A stretch of DNA of 64,000 nt from Malacoraja senta (lineage: Eukaryota): positions 992,001 through 1,056,000 of the forward strand of contig CM075989.1 of NCBI GenBank assembly GCA_038087875.1, written 5' to 3'. Made by a program: the position numbers and the translations under genes. Every line of letters begins with the position of its first letter. Position 1 is the first letter of the stretch. This document shows positions 38,165 through 49,827 of this stretch, one piece after another. The notes beneath the pieces were generated by a model, which worked only from the letters and a program-made list of their open reading frames with translations, was not told where the DNA came from and ran no database searches.

Positions 38165-39309
38165 TTAAGGGCTTTCAGCAAAACTGAAACATCTCTGCAG
38201 TAAGAGAGAAGTTTTATATCCGTGCCAAAAAAGGGGTACAAAATTGGATTAGGACAATTTTACTAGAGTGCGAAAGCAAGTTGACCGTAGTATTAGGAAT
38301 GCATATAGACAACATGTTTCTTCTATTCTTGAGGGAGAGCAACCCAAGGCTTTTTGGAGATATGTGAAATCTAGACGGACAGACAACACTGGTGTGCAGA
38401 TGCTTAAAGTGAACAACTGTCTCATCACTGAGGACCAGGCAAAAGCAGAAGCTCTTGCAAACCAATTTCAACACGTTTTCACCTGGGAGGATACGGAGCC
38501 TTCATAATTTCCAGATCTACTGCCCAGCCTGTATGCTGCTATTAAAATTGAGGTTCAAGGTGTCAAGAAGTTATTGCTCAACATCAATACAACAAAAGCT
38601 ATTGGATCAGATCAGATACAGAATCAAGCCCCCAAGATCGTGGTCGAAGACCTGGCTCCAGTTTTGCAGTTCATTTTCCAACAGTCGCTTGACTCAGGTG
38701 ATGTTCCGCTGGATTGGAGGAAGGCTAACATGACTCCTCTCATTAAGAAGGGTTCAACCACCAACCCAGCGAATTATCATCCTGTTTCATTAACAAGCAC
38801 TTGCTGCAAACTGCTGGAGCATTTAACCGATAGTAACCTGATGAGACACCTTAGCAAATATAACATTCTTGCTGACAACCAACATGCATTTAGGAGGCAC
38901 AGATCATGCGAGTCTCAGTTTATCCTGACGACAAATGTCCTGGCCAACAACCATGTCATCATGGATTTAGTAGTGCTAGACTTTGCATTTGATGTCATCC
39001 CACGCCAGAGACTGCTTTGGAAGGTTGACCTTCTACGGTGTTTGTTCCAACACAAAACGATGGATCCCCAGTTTTATGACAAAAGACCTTCAGCGCGTAT
39101 GTGTGAATGGGAAATGCTCTGACTGGCATTCAGTGTTACGTGGTACACCTCAGGGCACAGTACTGGGCACACAGCGGTTTTTGCTTTACATTAATGACAT
39201 CCATAAAAAGGTTACAAGTATGACCAGACTATTCGCTGATGATTGTTTGCTGTACCATCCAATTAAATTAGCTGATGATAAAGATGCTCTCCAAAAAGAT
39301 CTCGATACT

Positions 39310-41214
39310 TGTTGTTTTATGGGAAGGATGTAGAAGAGAAATGGAGGACATTTAAAGGTGAAATTTTAAGAGTACAGAATCTTTATGTCCCTGTTCGGTT
39401 GAAAGGAAATAGTAAAAATTGGAAAGAGCAATGGTTTTCAAGGGAAATTGGACACTTGGTTCAGAAAAAGAGAGAGATCTATAATAAAAGGATATGGAAT
39501 GATGTGAGGTAAGGGAAACAAGCAGAGTAGCAATGGAAACTATGAGATTCAAAGAAGAGGAGGTGCGGACACTTTTGAAAAATATGAAAACGGATACGTC
39601 TCCAGGTCCTGACAGGATATTCCCGAGGACATTGAGGGAAGTTAGTGTAGAAATAGCAGGGGCTATGACAGAAATATTTCAAATGTCATTAGAAACAGGA
39701 ATACTGCCGGAGGATTGGCGTACTGCGCATGTTGTTCCGTTGTTTAAAAAGGGTTCTAAGAGTAAACCTAGCAATTATAGACCTGTTAGTTTGATGTCAG
39801 TGGTGGGCAAATTAATGGAAAGGATACTTAAAGATAATATATATAAGCATCTGAATAAGCAGGGTCTGATTAGGAACAGTCAACATGGATTTGTGCCTGG
39901 AAGGTCATGTTTGACTAATCTTCTAGAATTTTTCGAAGAGGTTACTAGGGAAATTGATGAGGGTAAAGCAGTCAATGTTGTCTATATGGACTTCAGTAAG
40001 GCCTTTGACAAGGTTCCTCGTGGAAGGTTGGTTAAGAAGATTAAATTGTTGGGTATTAATGGTGGAGTAGCAAGATGGATTCAACAGTGGCTGAATGGGA
40101 GATGCCAGAGAGTAATAGTGGATGGCTGTTTGTCAGGTTGGAGGCCGGTGACTAGTGGGGTGCCTCAGGGGTCTGTGTTGGGTCCACTGTTGTTTGCATT
40201 TACATCAATGATCTGGATGATGGTGTGGAAAATTGGATTAGTAATTATGCAGATGATACTAAGATAGGTGGTGTGGTGGATAATGAAGTAGATTTTCAAA
40301 GTCTACAGAGAGATTTAGGCCATTTGGAAGAGTGGGCTGAAAGATGGCAGATGGAGTTTAATGCTGATAAATGTGAGGTACTACATCTCAGGAGGACAAA
40401 TCAAAATAGGACGTATATGGTAAACGGTAGAGAATTGAGGAATGCCGTTGAACAGAGGGATCTAGGAATAACTGTGCATAGTTCCCTGAAGGTGGAATCT
40501 CATGTAGATAGGGTGGTAAAGAAAGCTTTTGGGGTGCTGGCCTTTATAAATCAGAGCATTGAATATAGAGGTTGGGATGTAATGTTAAAATTGTCCAAGG
40601 CATTGGTGAGGCCAATTCTGGAGTATGGAGTACAATTTTGGTCGCCTAATTATAGGAAGGATGTCAACAAAATAGAGAGAGTACAGAGGAGATTTACTAG
40701 AATGTTGCCTGGGTTTCAGCAACTAAGTTACAGAGAAAGGTTGAACAAGTTAGGTCTTTATTCTTTGGAGCGCAGAAGGTTAAGAGGGGACTTGATAGAG
40801 GTCTTTAAAATTATGAGCGGGTTAGACAGAGTTGAAGTGGATAAGCTTTTTCCATTGAGAGTAGGGAAGATTCAAACAAGGGGACATGACTTGAGAATTA
40901 AGGGACAGAAGTTTAGGGGTAACATTAGGGGGAACTTCTTTACTCAGAGAGTGGTAGCTGTGTGGAATGAGCTTCCAGTGGAAGTGGTGGAGGCTGGTTC
41001 GATTTTATCCTTTAAAAATAGATTGGATGGGTATATGGACGGGAAAGGAATGGAGGGTTATGGTCTGAGTGCAGGTAGATGGGACTAGGGGGGGGGAGTA
41101 TTTATTTATTTATTTATTTATTTATTTATTAAAAATTTAATGTTCGGCACGGACTTGAAGGGCCGAGATGGCCTGTTTCCGTGCTGTAATGGTTATATGG
41201 TTATATGGTTATAT
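39310..41214 (+). mobile_element. 5'-truncated CR1 LINE with 6-bp TSD
   Basis: ORFs 39533-40267 and 40225-41088 (YMDFSKAFDKV, YADD), (ATATGGTT)n tail, GATACT at 39304-39309 and 41215-41220. Confidence 0.92.
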
Positions 41215-42304
41215 GATACTATGGTTCAGTGGTCACAACAATGGGGCATGCAGTTCAATCCTTTCAAATGTGAAACCATGCATGTCACCAGGAAGAGGAA
41301 ACCAGGCGAAACAACATACAATTCCCTTGATGAATCCAAACAAACCAAATATCTTGGCATCAAATTACAGAACGATCTACGTTGGAATGGTCAGACTCAT
41401 CATTCAATGGTGAAAGCAACAGGTGTTCTTAATTTTCTGAGACGCAACGTTCATCATTGTTCAACTTCTATCAAGGAGAAGTTATACTTCACCCTCTTTA
41501 GACCACATTTGGTCTACGCAGTTGCAGCAAGGGACCCATTCACAAATAGAAACATTTCTTCCATTGAACATGTCCAAAGACAGGCAGCTCGATTTGTTAC
41601 CAATATCTATGAGAGAGAAGTGAGTGTTACCAAACACCTAAACTCACTGGGGTGGAACCCTCTCCAACACAGACGTAAAGCTCACCATTTGACCTGTTTT
41701 TACAAAATGTTAAATGGTCAGCTCGATATAGATTACCAAACCTACACCAAATCCAATCCTATTAGGAGCAGACGAACGAGGCATTTGATCCAATTTGAGA
41801 TACCAGCTACCAAGACAGATGTGCACAGTAATTAATTTGTCCCCCGCAAAATTAAAGCATGGAATAGTGTTCACCCTACCATCGTTACTCAACCAAACGC
41901 AATTAAATTTAAGGTAGCTCTTCTTCTCCAACAATCCTTTTTTGCTTAAGTCCACCCTCCGCCACCTCCAGTTTAAATTCCATTTGTAATATTTTGGAGG
42001 ACCAAGAACCAAGAACCAAGAACCAGTTCTCTATCCATGTAAATACCCTACCCCCAATACCATGTGATCTAATTTTGCCCACTTGTACCGATGAACATAA
42101 TGCTGATGCCACTGCTCATTGAATTGCATGATTGATAGCACTGACATTCTCCTCCACTAAACACACCAACATCCAGCATAGAGTCCTTATGCAGGGCCAC
42201 TGCTGACCGCACAGATGGTGTCACTGGAAATGCAAGCCCATCACAATCCACAATATCAACCTATTGTGTCAGCAATGCCACTTCCCAGGCCAACAAAACC
42301 ATTT

Positions 42305-42525
42305 AAGATAGACACAAAATGCTTGAGTCGCTGCAGAGATGGATGGGCGACATTTAGGGTCAAGACCCTTCCACAGACCCTCAAATCCTCAGATCCAGTC
42401 TGAAGGGTCTCGAGCCGAAATGTCACCCATTCCATCTCTCCAGAGATGCAGCCTGTCCTGCTGAGTTACTCAAGCATTTTGTGTATCTTTGATGAATACC
42501 CAGCATTTGCAGTTCTTTCCAACAC
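42305..42525. mobile_element. Palindromic Penelope-pLTR derivative
   Basis: AAGATAGACACAAAATGCTTGAGT ... ACTCAAGCATTTTGTGTATCTT inverted arms around CTGAAGGGTCTCGAGCCGAAATGTC. Confidence 0.65.
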
Positions 42526-44542
42526 AACAAAAACATTTGGTGGTGGTTCAACAATGCAACATCTGCACAATCAATACCTCAACATTGTCACCACGGATAG
42601 CATCTACAGTATCCTGCACTCCCGGTGATTGTCCTCCATCCAGCAGGAAGCATTGGGCAGACCGGCAGAGCACATTATTACAGCGAACATGTGTTTGATT
42701 CTCTTCATTATTAAACTTCTGTATTCTCTAAATTCAGGGTGGGGAAAGGTTGTAAGGGAGAGTGGGGGTTGGGGGTTGGAGAGAGAGATCCATTAACATG
42801 TTGCAAAGGAATGATGAGGATAATATTGGAAGATAGTTCAATTGAATGCATGTTATATCTTTTACAATGATATCAGGAAAGAGCCACGCGGTTGAACATC
42901 AGAGAGTAATATTCTTCTGCAACTAACGCATTATTCTTTTAATCTTTGTTTCTCTGCAACCGATCTTTTGCTCACCACGAGTCAGGGATAAGCATACACT
43001 GGGGGAGAAAAAGTCACTGCAGTTTCTTTATTATGTTGGGCCATGGTAAAAACAACATCTAGGTGTTTTCTCTGAGTGGGCACTTTCTGCCACGAGCCGG
43101 ATGGAAATATGGCACTGTTTAACGTCAAAACATCTCACATCTTGTTCTGTGGGTTACAAATTATTTATTTGGACATTGTTTAGTCAGAAGTATATCAGTC
43201 CATGTATAAAATCATGAGAGGAATAGATTGGGCAAATGCACAGAGTCTCTTGCCCAGAGATGTGAATCGAGGAGCAGAGGACATAGGTTTAAGAGAAAGA
43301 GAAAATATTTAATAGGAATCTGAGGGGTAACTTTTTCACAAAGGGTGGTGGGTGTATGGAACAAGGTGCAAGAGGTGGCAGTTGAGGCAGGGACTAATGT
43401 TTAAGAAACAGTTAGACAGGTACATGGATAGGTAGGTGGGATTAATGTAGCTGGGACATGTTGGCCGGTGTGGGCAAGTTGGGCCAAAGGACCTGTTTCC
43501 ACAGTGTATCACTCTATGACTCTTAGATTGTAGTATTAAGACACTGCCTTGAGAAAGGAGGTGCAGCTTGTATTCAGTGGATTCATGTAATGTTCCCCAC
43601 AGGGGAATCAAATAACATTGTCTTCAGTTTCAGAGAGATGAGTTCAACAGCACTACACCACTGTGCCTTTCTCATATCTCATACCTGAAACTACATTATA
43701 AGCATTTTTTTTAAATATCCATCAACGTCTAAACATAGTTTTAACATAAGTAAACACTTTGTATTATTAACCATGAAGAATATTGTAATGTGTTTATTTT
43801 TAGCCTGTTTACGTAGCTGGATAAATCAATGAGTGTAAATTATTGCACATCACAGATCACATTACTTACAGCCATGAACTGATTTAGTTAACCCTTTACA
43901 GGTTTGTATTTGGGCTGACTGGCAGGTGGCAAAGTGTGGGAATAAGGAGGTGTATTTTCTGGTTGGCGGCTGGTGACTAGTGTTCCACAGGGTCGGTGTT
44001 GGCTCCGCTACTTTTCATGTTATATGTTAATGATCTGGATGATAGAATTGATGGCTTTGTGGCTAAGTTTGCAGATGAACAAAGATCGATGCAGGAGCCG
44101 ATAGTGTTGAGGGAGGCTGCAGAAAGACTTGGACAAGTTGGAGGAATCAGCAAAGAAGCGGTAAATGGAATTCAGCATCGCAAAGTCTACGGTCATGCAC
44201 TTTGATAGAAGGAATAAAGGCATAGACTGCTTTATAAATGGGAAGAGGGTTCAGATATTGGAGGAGCAAAGGGACTTGTGAGTGCTGGTGCAGGATCCCC
44301 AAGGTTTAATTTGCAGGTTGAGCATTCATTTTGAGGGGGCTAGAATCTAAAAGCAAGGATGTTATGCTGAGGCTTTATAAGGTGCTGTTGAGGCACATTT
44401 GAAATATCATGAACAGTTTTGGACCCCATATCTGAGGAAAGATGTGCTGGATTTGTAGAGGGTCCTGAGGAGGTTAATGGGAATGATACAATGGAAAATT
44501 TGGTTAACACAATAGCAGCATTTGAAGGCACTGGATTTGCAG

Positions 44543-44940
44543 AGAGGCCCGAGAACCGTTGGAGAGGTCGCAGAGGGAGGAGCGACACCCGAGCGGTAGG
44601 AGATAAAGAGGAGCGCGGGGCTTGCTTCTACAGAGGCCCGAGAGCCGTTGGAGAGGTCGCAGAGGGTGGAGCTACACCCGAGCGGTAGGAGAATTAGAGG
44701 AGCGCGGGGCTTGCTTCTACAGAGGCCCGAGAGCCGTTGGAGAGGTCGCAGAGGGAGGAGCTACACCCGAGCGGTAGGAGATAAAGAGGAGCGCGGGGCT
44801 TGCTTCTACAGAGGCCCGAGAGCCGTTGGAGAGGTCGCAGAGGGAGGAGCTACACCCGAGCGGTAGGAGATAAAGAGGAGCGCGGGGCTTGCTTCTACAG
44901 AGGCCCGAGAGCCGTTGGAGCGGTCGCAGAGGGAGGAGGA
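44543..44940 (+). repeat. 89-bp tandem repeat (about 4.5 copies) in the CR1 5' UTR
   Basis: AGAGGCCCGAGA starts at 44543, 44632, 44721, 44810 and 44899. Confidence 0.9.
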
Positions 44941-45107
44941 ACCTAAATCTGTAACGTTCCAAGTTCCACTTCAAAAACAAGTGGTTTTGAGGAAGCCGCT
45001 GATTGGTGGAAGCAGACAAGAGGGAGCAGCTGATTGGGAGTCAGATCCCTGCTGATTGTACTGTATTGTAGCAGTTTGTTTTGTATTGTATCCTAGGTAA
45101 AGGGAGT

Positions 45108-46043
45108 ATGAGGGCCAGGGCAGTTTACTGTTTTGGATGTCCGATGTGGGAAGTCATGGAGTCTGATAGCCCTCCAAACGTCCACATCTGCGCCAGGTAT
45201 ATCGAGATGTGGCTCCTAATGGACCGTATTAGGAACCTGGAGCAGCAGCTCGATGACCTCTGTCTGGTCAGGGAGAGCGAGGAAGTCATTGAGAGGAGTT
45301 ACAGGGATGTGGTCACTCCAAGACCACAGGAGGCAGGCAAGTGGATCACGGTTGGGAGAGGCAAGGGGCACAGGCAGGGACTAGAGAGTACCCTGGTGGC
45401 TGTACACCTTGACAATACGTACTCCTGTTTGAGCACTGTTGGGGGGGACAGCCTACCTGGGGGTAGTGACAGCGGCCGGGCCTCCGGTATAGAGACCGGT
45501 CCTGTTGCTCAGAAGGGTAAGGAAAAGAAGAGGAGGGCAATACTAATAGGGGACTCTATAGTTAGGGGGTCAGACAGGCGATTCTGTGGACGCAGTCGGG
45601 AGACCCGGATGGTAGTTTGCCTCCCTGGTGCCAGGGTCTGTGATGTGGCTCAACGTGTCCAAGATATCCTGAAAGGGCAGGGAGAGGAGCCCGAGGTCAT
45701 GGTACATATAGGTACCAATGACATAGGTAAAAAAAGAGAAGAGGTCCTGAAAGGAGAATTTAGGGAGTTAGGAGGGGAGTTAAAGAGAAGAACAGCAAAG
45801 GTAACAATCTCGGGATTACTGCCTGTGCCATGCGACAGTGAGAGTAGGAATGGAGCGAGGTGGAGGATATATGCGTGGCTGAAGGACTGGTGCAGAGGGC
45901 AGGGATTCAAATTTCTGGATCATTGGGACCTCTTTTGTGGAAGGTTCGACCTGTACAAAAAGGATGGGTTGCACTTGAACCTGAGGGGGACCGATATCCT
46001 GGCGGGGAGATCTGCAAAGGCTACTGGGGAGACTTTAAACTAG
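45108..46043 (+). CDS. CR1 ORF1: Zn finger/leucine zipper plus SGNH (GDSL) esterase
   Basis: YCFGCPMW...HICARY, a coiled coil, LIGDSIVRG, HIGTNDI, DGLHLN. The frame is open from the ATG at 45108. Confidence 0.85.
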   Translation: MRARAVYCFGCPMWEVMESDSPPNVHICARYIEMWLLMDRIRNLEQQLDDLCLVRESEEVIERSYRDVVTPRPQEAGKWITVGRGKGHRQGLESTLVAVHLDNTYSCLSTVGGDSLPGGSDSGRASGIETGPVAQKGKEKKRRAILIGDSIVRGSDRRFCGRSRETRMVVCLPGARVCDVAQRVQDILKGQGEEPEVMVHIGTNDIGKKREEVLKGEFRELGGELKRRTAKVTISGLLPVPCDSESRNGARWRIYAWLKDWCRGQGFKFLDHWDLFCGRFDLYKKDGLHLNLRGTDILAGRSAKATGETLN

Positions 46044-49000
46044 AATGGTTGGGGGGAGGGTCTCAAATAGAGAATGCTATTAGACAGTGTGTGAGGCAGG
46101 TGGCAGAGAAGGAAAGCACTCAGACCCAACATGTAGGGGGGAAAGAAGAAAACAATAATAAACAGAGAATAAGAGGTGGTGGGGTTCTTAAATGGGTGAG
46201 CAGAGAAACAGAGGGGTGTAAAATGCGAGCGGAAGCAATAGGTAGCAAGGTGAAAAGTAAAAGTGGCAGGCAGACAAATCCAGGGCAAAAATCAAAAAGG
46301 GCCACTTTTCAACATAATTGTATAAGGGGTAAGATCGTTGTAAAAACAAGCCTGAAGGCTTTGTGTCTCAATGCAAGGAGCATTCGTAATAAGGTGGATG
46401 AGTTGATCGTGCAGATAGCAATTAATGATTATGATATAGTTGGGATCACGGAGACATGGCTCCGAGGTGACCAAGGCTGGGAGCTGAACATCCAGGGATA
46501 TTCAATATTCAGGAGGGATAGAGAGAAAGGAAAAGGAGGTGGGGTAGCGTTGCTGGTTAGAGAGGAGATTAACGCAGTGGAAAGGAAGGACATTAGCTTG
46601 GAGGATGTGGAATCGGTATGGGTAGAGCTGCGAAACACTAAGGGGCAGAAAACACTGGTGGGTGTAGTGTACAGGCCACCTAGCAGTAGTAGTGAAGTTG
46701 GGGATGGCATCAAACAGGAAATTAGAAATGCGTGCATCAAAGGCAAAACAGTTATAATGGGTGACTTCAATCTACATATAGATTGGGTGAATCAAATTGG
46801 CAGGGGTGCTTGAGGAAGAGGATTTCTTGGAATGTATGCAGGATAGTTATCTAAACCAACATGTAGAGGAACCAACGAGAGAGCAGGCTATTCTAGACTG
46901 GGTATTGAGTAATGAGGAAGGGTTAGTTAGCAGTCTTGTTGTGCGTGCCCCCTTGGGCAAGAGTGACCATAATATGGTTGAGTTCTTCATTAGGATGGAG
47001 AGTGACATTGTTAATTCAGAAACAACGGTTCTGAACTTAAAGAAAGGTAACTTTGAGGGTATGAGACGTGAATTGGCCAAGATTGACTGGCAATTAGTTC
47101 TAAAAGGGTTGACGGTGGATATGCAATGGAAGGCATTTAAAGACTGCATGGATGAACTATAAAAATTGTTCATCCCAGTTTGGCAAAAGAATAAATCAGG
47201 GAAGGTAGTGCATCCGTGGATAACAAGGGAAATCAGGGATAGTATCAAAGCAAAAGATGTTGCGTACAAATTAGCCAGAAAAAGCAGCATACCAGAGGAC
47301 TGGGAGAAATTCAGAGAACAGCAGAGGAGGACAAAGGGCTTAATTAGGAAAGGGAAAATAGATTATGAAAGGAAACTGGCAGGGAACATAAAAACTGACT
47401 GCAAAAGTTTTTATAGATATGTGTAGAGAAAGAGATTAGTTAAAACAAATGTAGGTCCCTTGCAGTCAGAAACAGGTGAATTGATCATGGGGAACAAGGA
47501 TATGGCGGACCAATTGAATAACTACTTTGGTTCCGTCTTCACTAAGGAAGACATAAATAATCTGCCGGAAATAGCAGGGGGCTGCGGGTCAAAGGAGATG
47601 GAGGAACTGAGTGAAATCCAGGTTAGTCGGGAAGTGGTGTTGGGTAAATTGAATGGATTAAAGGCCGATAAATCACCAGGGCCAGATAGGCTGCATCCCA
47701 GAGTACTTAAGGAAGTAGCTCCAGAAATAGTGGATGCATTAGTGATAATTTTTCAAAACTCTTTAGATTCTGGAGTAGTTCCTGAGGATTGGAGGGTAGC
47801 AAACGTAACCCCACTTTTTAAGAAGGGAGGGAGAGAGAAAACGGGGAATTACAGACCAGTTAGTCTAACATCGGTAGTGGGGAAACTGCTAGTTATTAAA
47901 GATGGGATAGCAGCACATTTGGAAAGTGGTGAAATCATTGGACAAAGTCAGCATGGATTTACGAAAGGTAAATCGTGTCTGACGAACCTGATAGAATTTT
48001 TCGAGGAGGTAACTAGTAGAGTGGATAGGGGAGAACCAGTGGATGTGTTGTATCTGGACTTTCAGAAGGCTTTCGACAAGGTACCACATAAGAGATTAGG
48101 ATACAAACTTAAATCACACGGTATTGGGGGTTCAGTATTGATGTGGATAGAGAACTGGCTGGCAAACAGGAAGCAAAGAGTAGGAGTAAACTTGTCCTTT
48201 TCACAATGGCAGGCAGTGACTAGTGGGGTACTGCAAGGCTCAGTGCTGGGACCCCAGCTATTTACAATTTATATTAATGAACTGGATGAGGGAATTGAAA
48301 GCAACATCTCCAAGTTTGCGGATGACACTAAGCTGGGGGGCAGTTTTAGCTGTGAGGAGGATGCTAGGAGACTGCAAGCTGACTTGGATAGGCTGGGTGA
48401 GTGGGCAAATGTTTGGCAGATGCAGTATAATGTGGATAAATGTGAGGTTATCCACTTTGGTGGCAAAAACGGGAAGGCAGACTATTAACTAAATGGTGGC
48501 CGATTAGGAAATGGGGAGATGCAGCGAGACCTGGGTGTCATGGTACACCAGTCATTGAAAGTAGGCATGCAGGTGCAGCAGGCAGTGAAGAAAGCGAATG
48601 GTATGTTGGCCTCCATAGCAAGATGATTTGAGTATAGGAGCAGGGAGGTTCTACTGCAGTTGTACAGGGTCTTGGTGAGACCACACCTGGAGTATTGCGT
48701 ACAGTTTTGGTCTCCAAATCTGAGGAAGGACATTATAGCCATAGAGGGAGTGCAGAGAAGGTTCACCAGACTGATTCCTGGGATGTCAGGACTTTCATAT
48801 GAAGAAAGACTGGATAGACTTGGCTTATACTCGCTAGAATTTAGGAGATTGAGAGGGGATCTTATAGAAACGTACAAAATTCTTATGGGGTTGGACAGGC
48901 TAGATGCAGAAAGATTGTTCCCGATGTTGGGGAAGTCCAGGACAAGGGGTCACAGCTTAAGGATAAGGGGGAAATCCTTTAAGACCGAGATGAGGAAAAA

Positions 49001-49827
49001 CTTTTTCACACAGAGAGTGGTGAATCTCTGGAACTCTCTGCCACAGAGGGTAGTTGAGGCCAGTTCATTGGCTATATTTAAGAGGGAGTTAAATGTGGCT
49101 CTTGTGGCTAAGGGGATCAGGGGATATGGAGAGAAGGCAGGAACGGGATACTGAGTTGGATGATCAGCCATGATCATATTGAATGGCAGTGCAGGCTCGA
49201 AGGGCAGAATGGCCTACTCCTGCACCTATTTTCTATGTTTCTATGTTTCTACTGGCTGGAGTTTAGAAGGTTGAGGCGGGGGGGGGGGGGGGTTCTCATT
49301 GAAACATACTGGATAATAAAGGTTTGGATAGAGTGGATGTAGAAAGGATGCTCCAGTAATGGGAGAATCTAGAACCAGAGGGCACAGCCTCAGAATAAAA
49401 GGATGTACCTTCAGAATGGAAGGAATTTCTTTAGCCAGAGGGTGGCGAATCTGTGGAATTCATTGCCACTAATGGCTGTGGAGGGTGAAAATTTGTATTT
49501 TTAGAGTGGAGATTGGTTGATTCTTGATTAAGAAGAGCATCAAAGGTTATGGCTAGAAGGCAGTAAAATGGGGTTGAGAGGGAAAAATAAATCATTCATG
49601 ATTGACTTGTGGAGTAGACTCGAGCATTTGAGCTATAGAGAGAGGTTGAGCAGGCTAGGAGCGCAGGAGGATGGGGTGTGATCTTATAGAGGTGTACAAA
49701 ATCATGAGTGGAAAAGATTGGGTAAATGAACAGTCTTTTCCCCAGAGTAGGGGAGTTGAGAATCAGACGTTATAGGTTTAAGGTAAAGGGCGGAAAGATT
49801 TAATAGGAACCTGAGGGTACCTTTTTT

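Larger units (their letters stand above)
36978..42022 (+). mobile_element. CR1-group LINE of a distinct family with a (CAAGAAC)n tail, interrupted twice
   Basis: GISDH (EN end), PKAFWRYVKS, QHAFRRHRSCESQ, GTPQGTVLG, RLFADDCLLY, RPHLVYA; tail at 42001-42024. A 3' tail remnant of the same family lies at about 4420-4460. Confidence 0.85.
44540..49250 (+). mobile_element. Near full-length CR1 LINE (tandem-repeat 5' UTR, esterase ORF1, APE-RT ORF2 with stops)
   Basis: 89-bp 5' repeats. ORF1 is 45081-46043. ORF2 pieces run about 46340-49154 (LNARS, GITETW, MGDFN, GKSDH, YLDFQKAFD, KFADD). (TTCTATGT)n tail. Inserted in an older CR1 (43910-44535 and 49251-49620). Confidence 0.93.

Noticed and set aside
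45108..46043. Host GDSL lipase/esterase gene
   Set aside because: It is ORF1 of a CR1 LINE, directly upstream of APE-RT.
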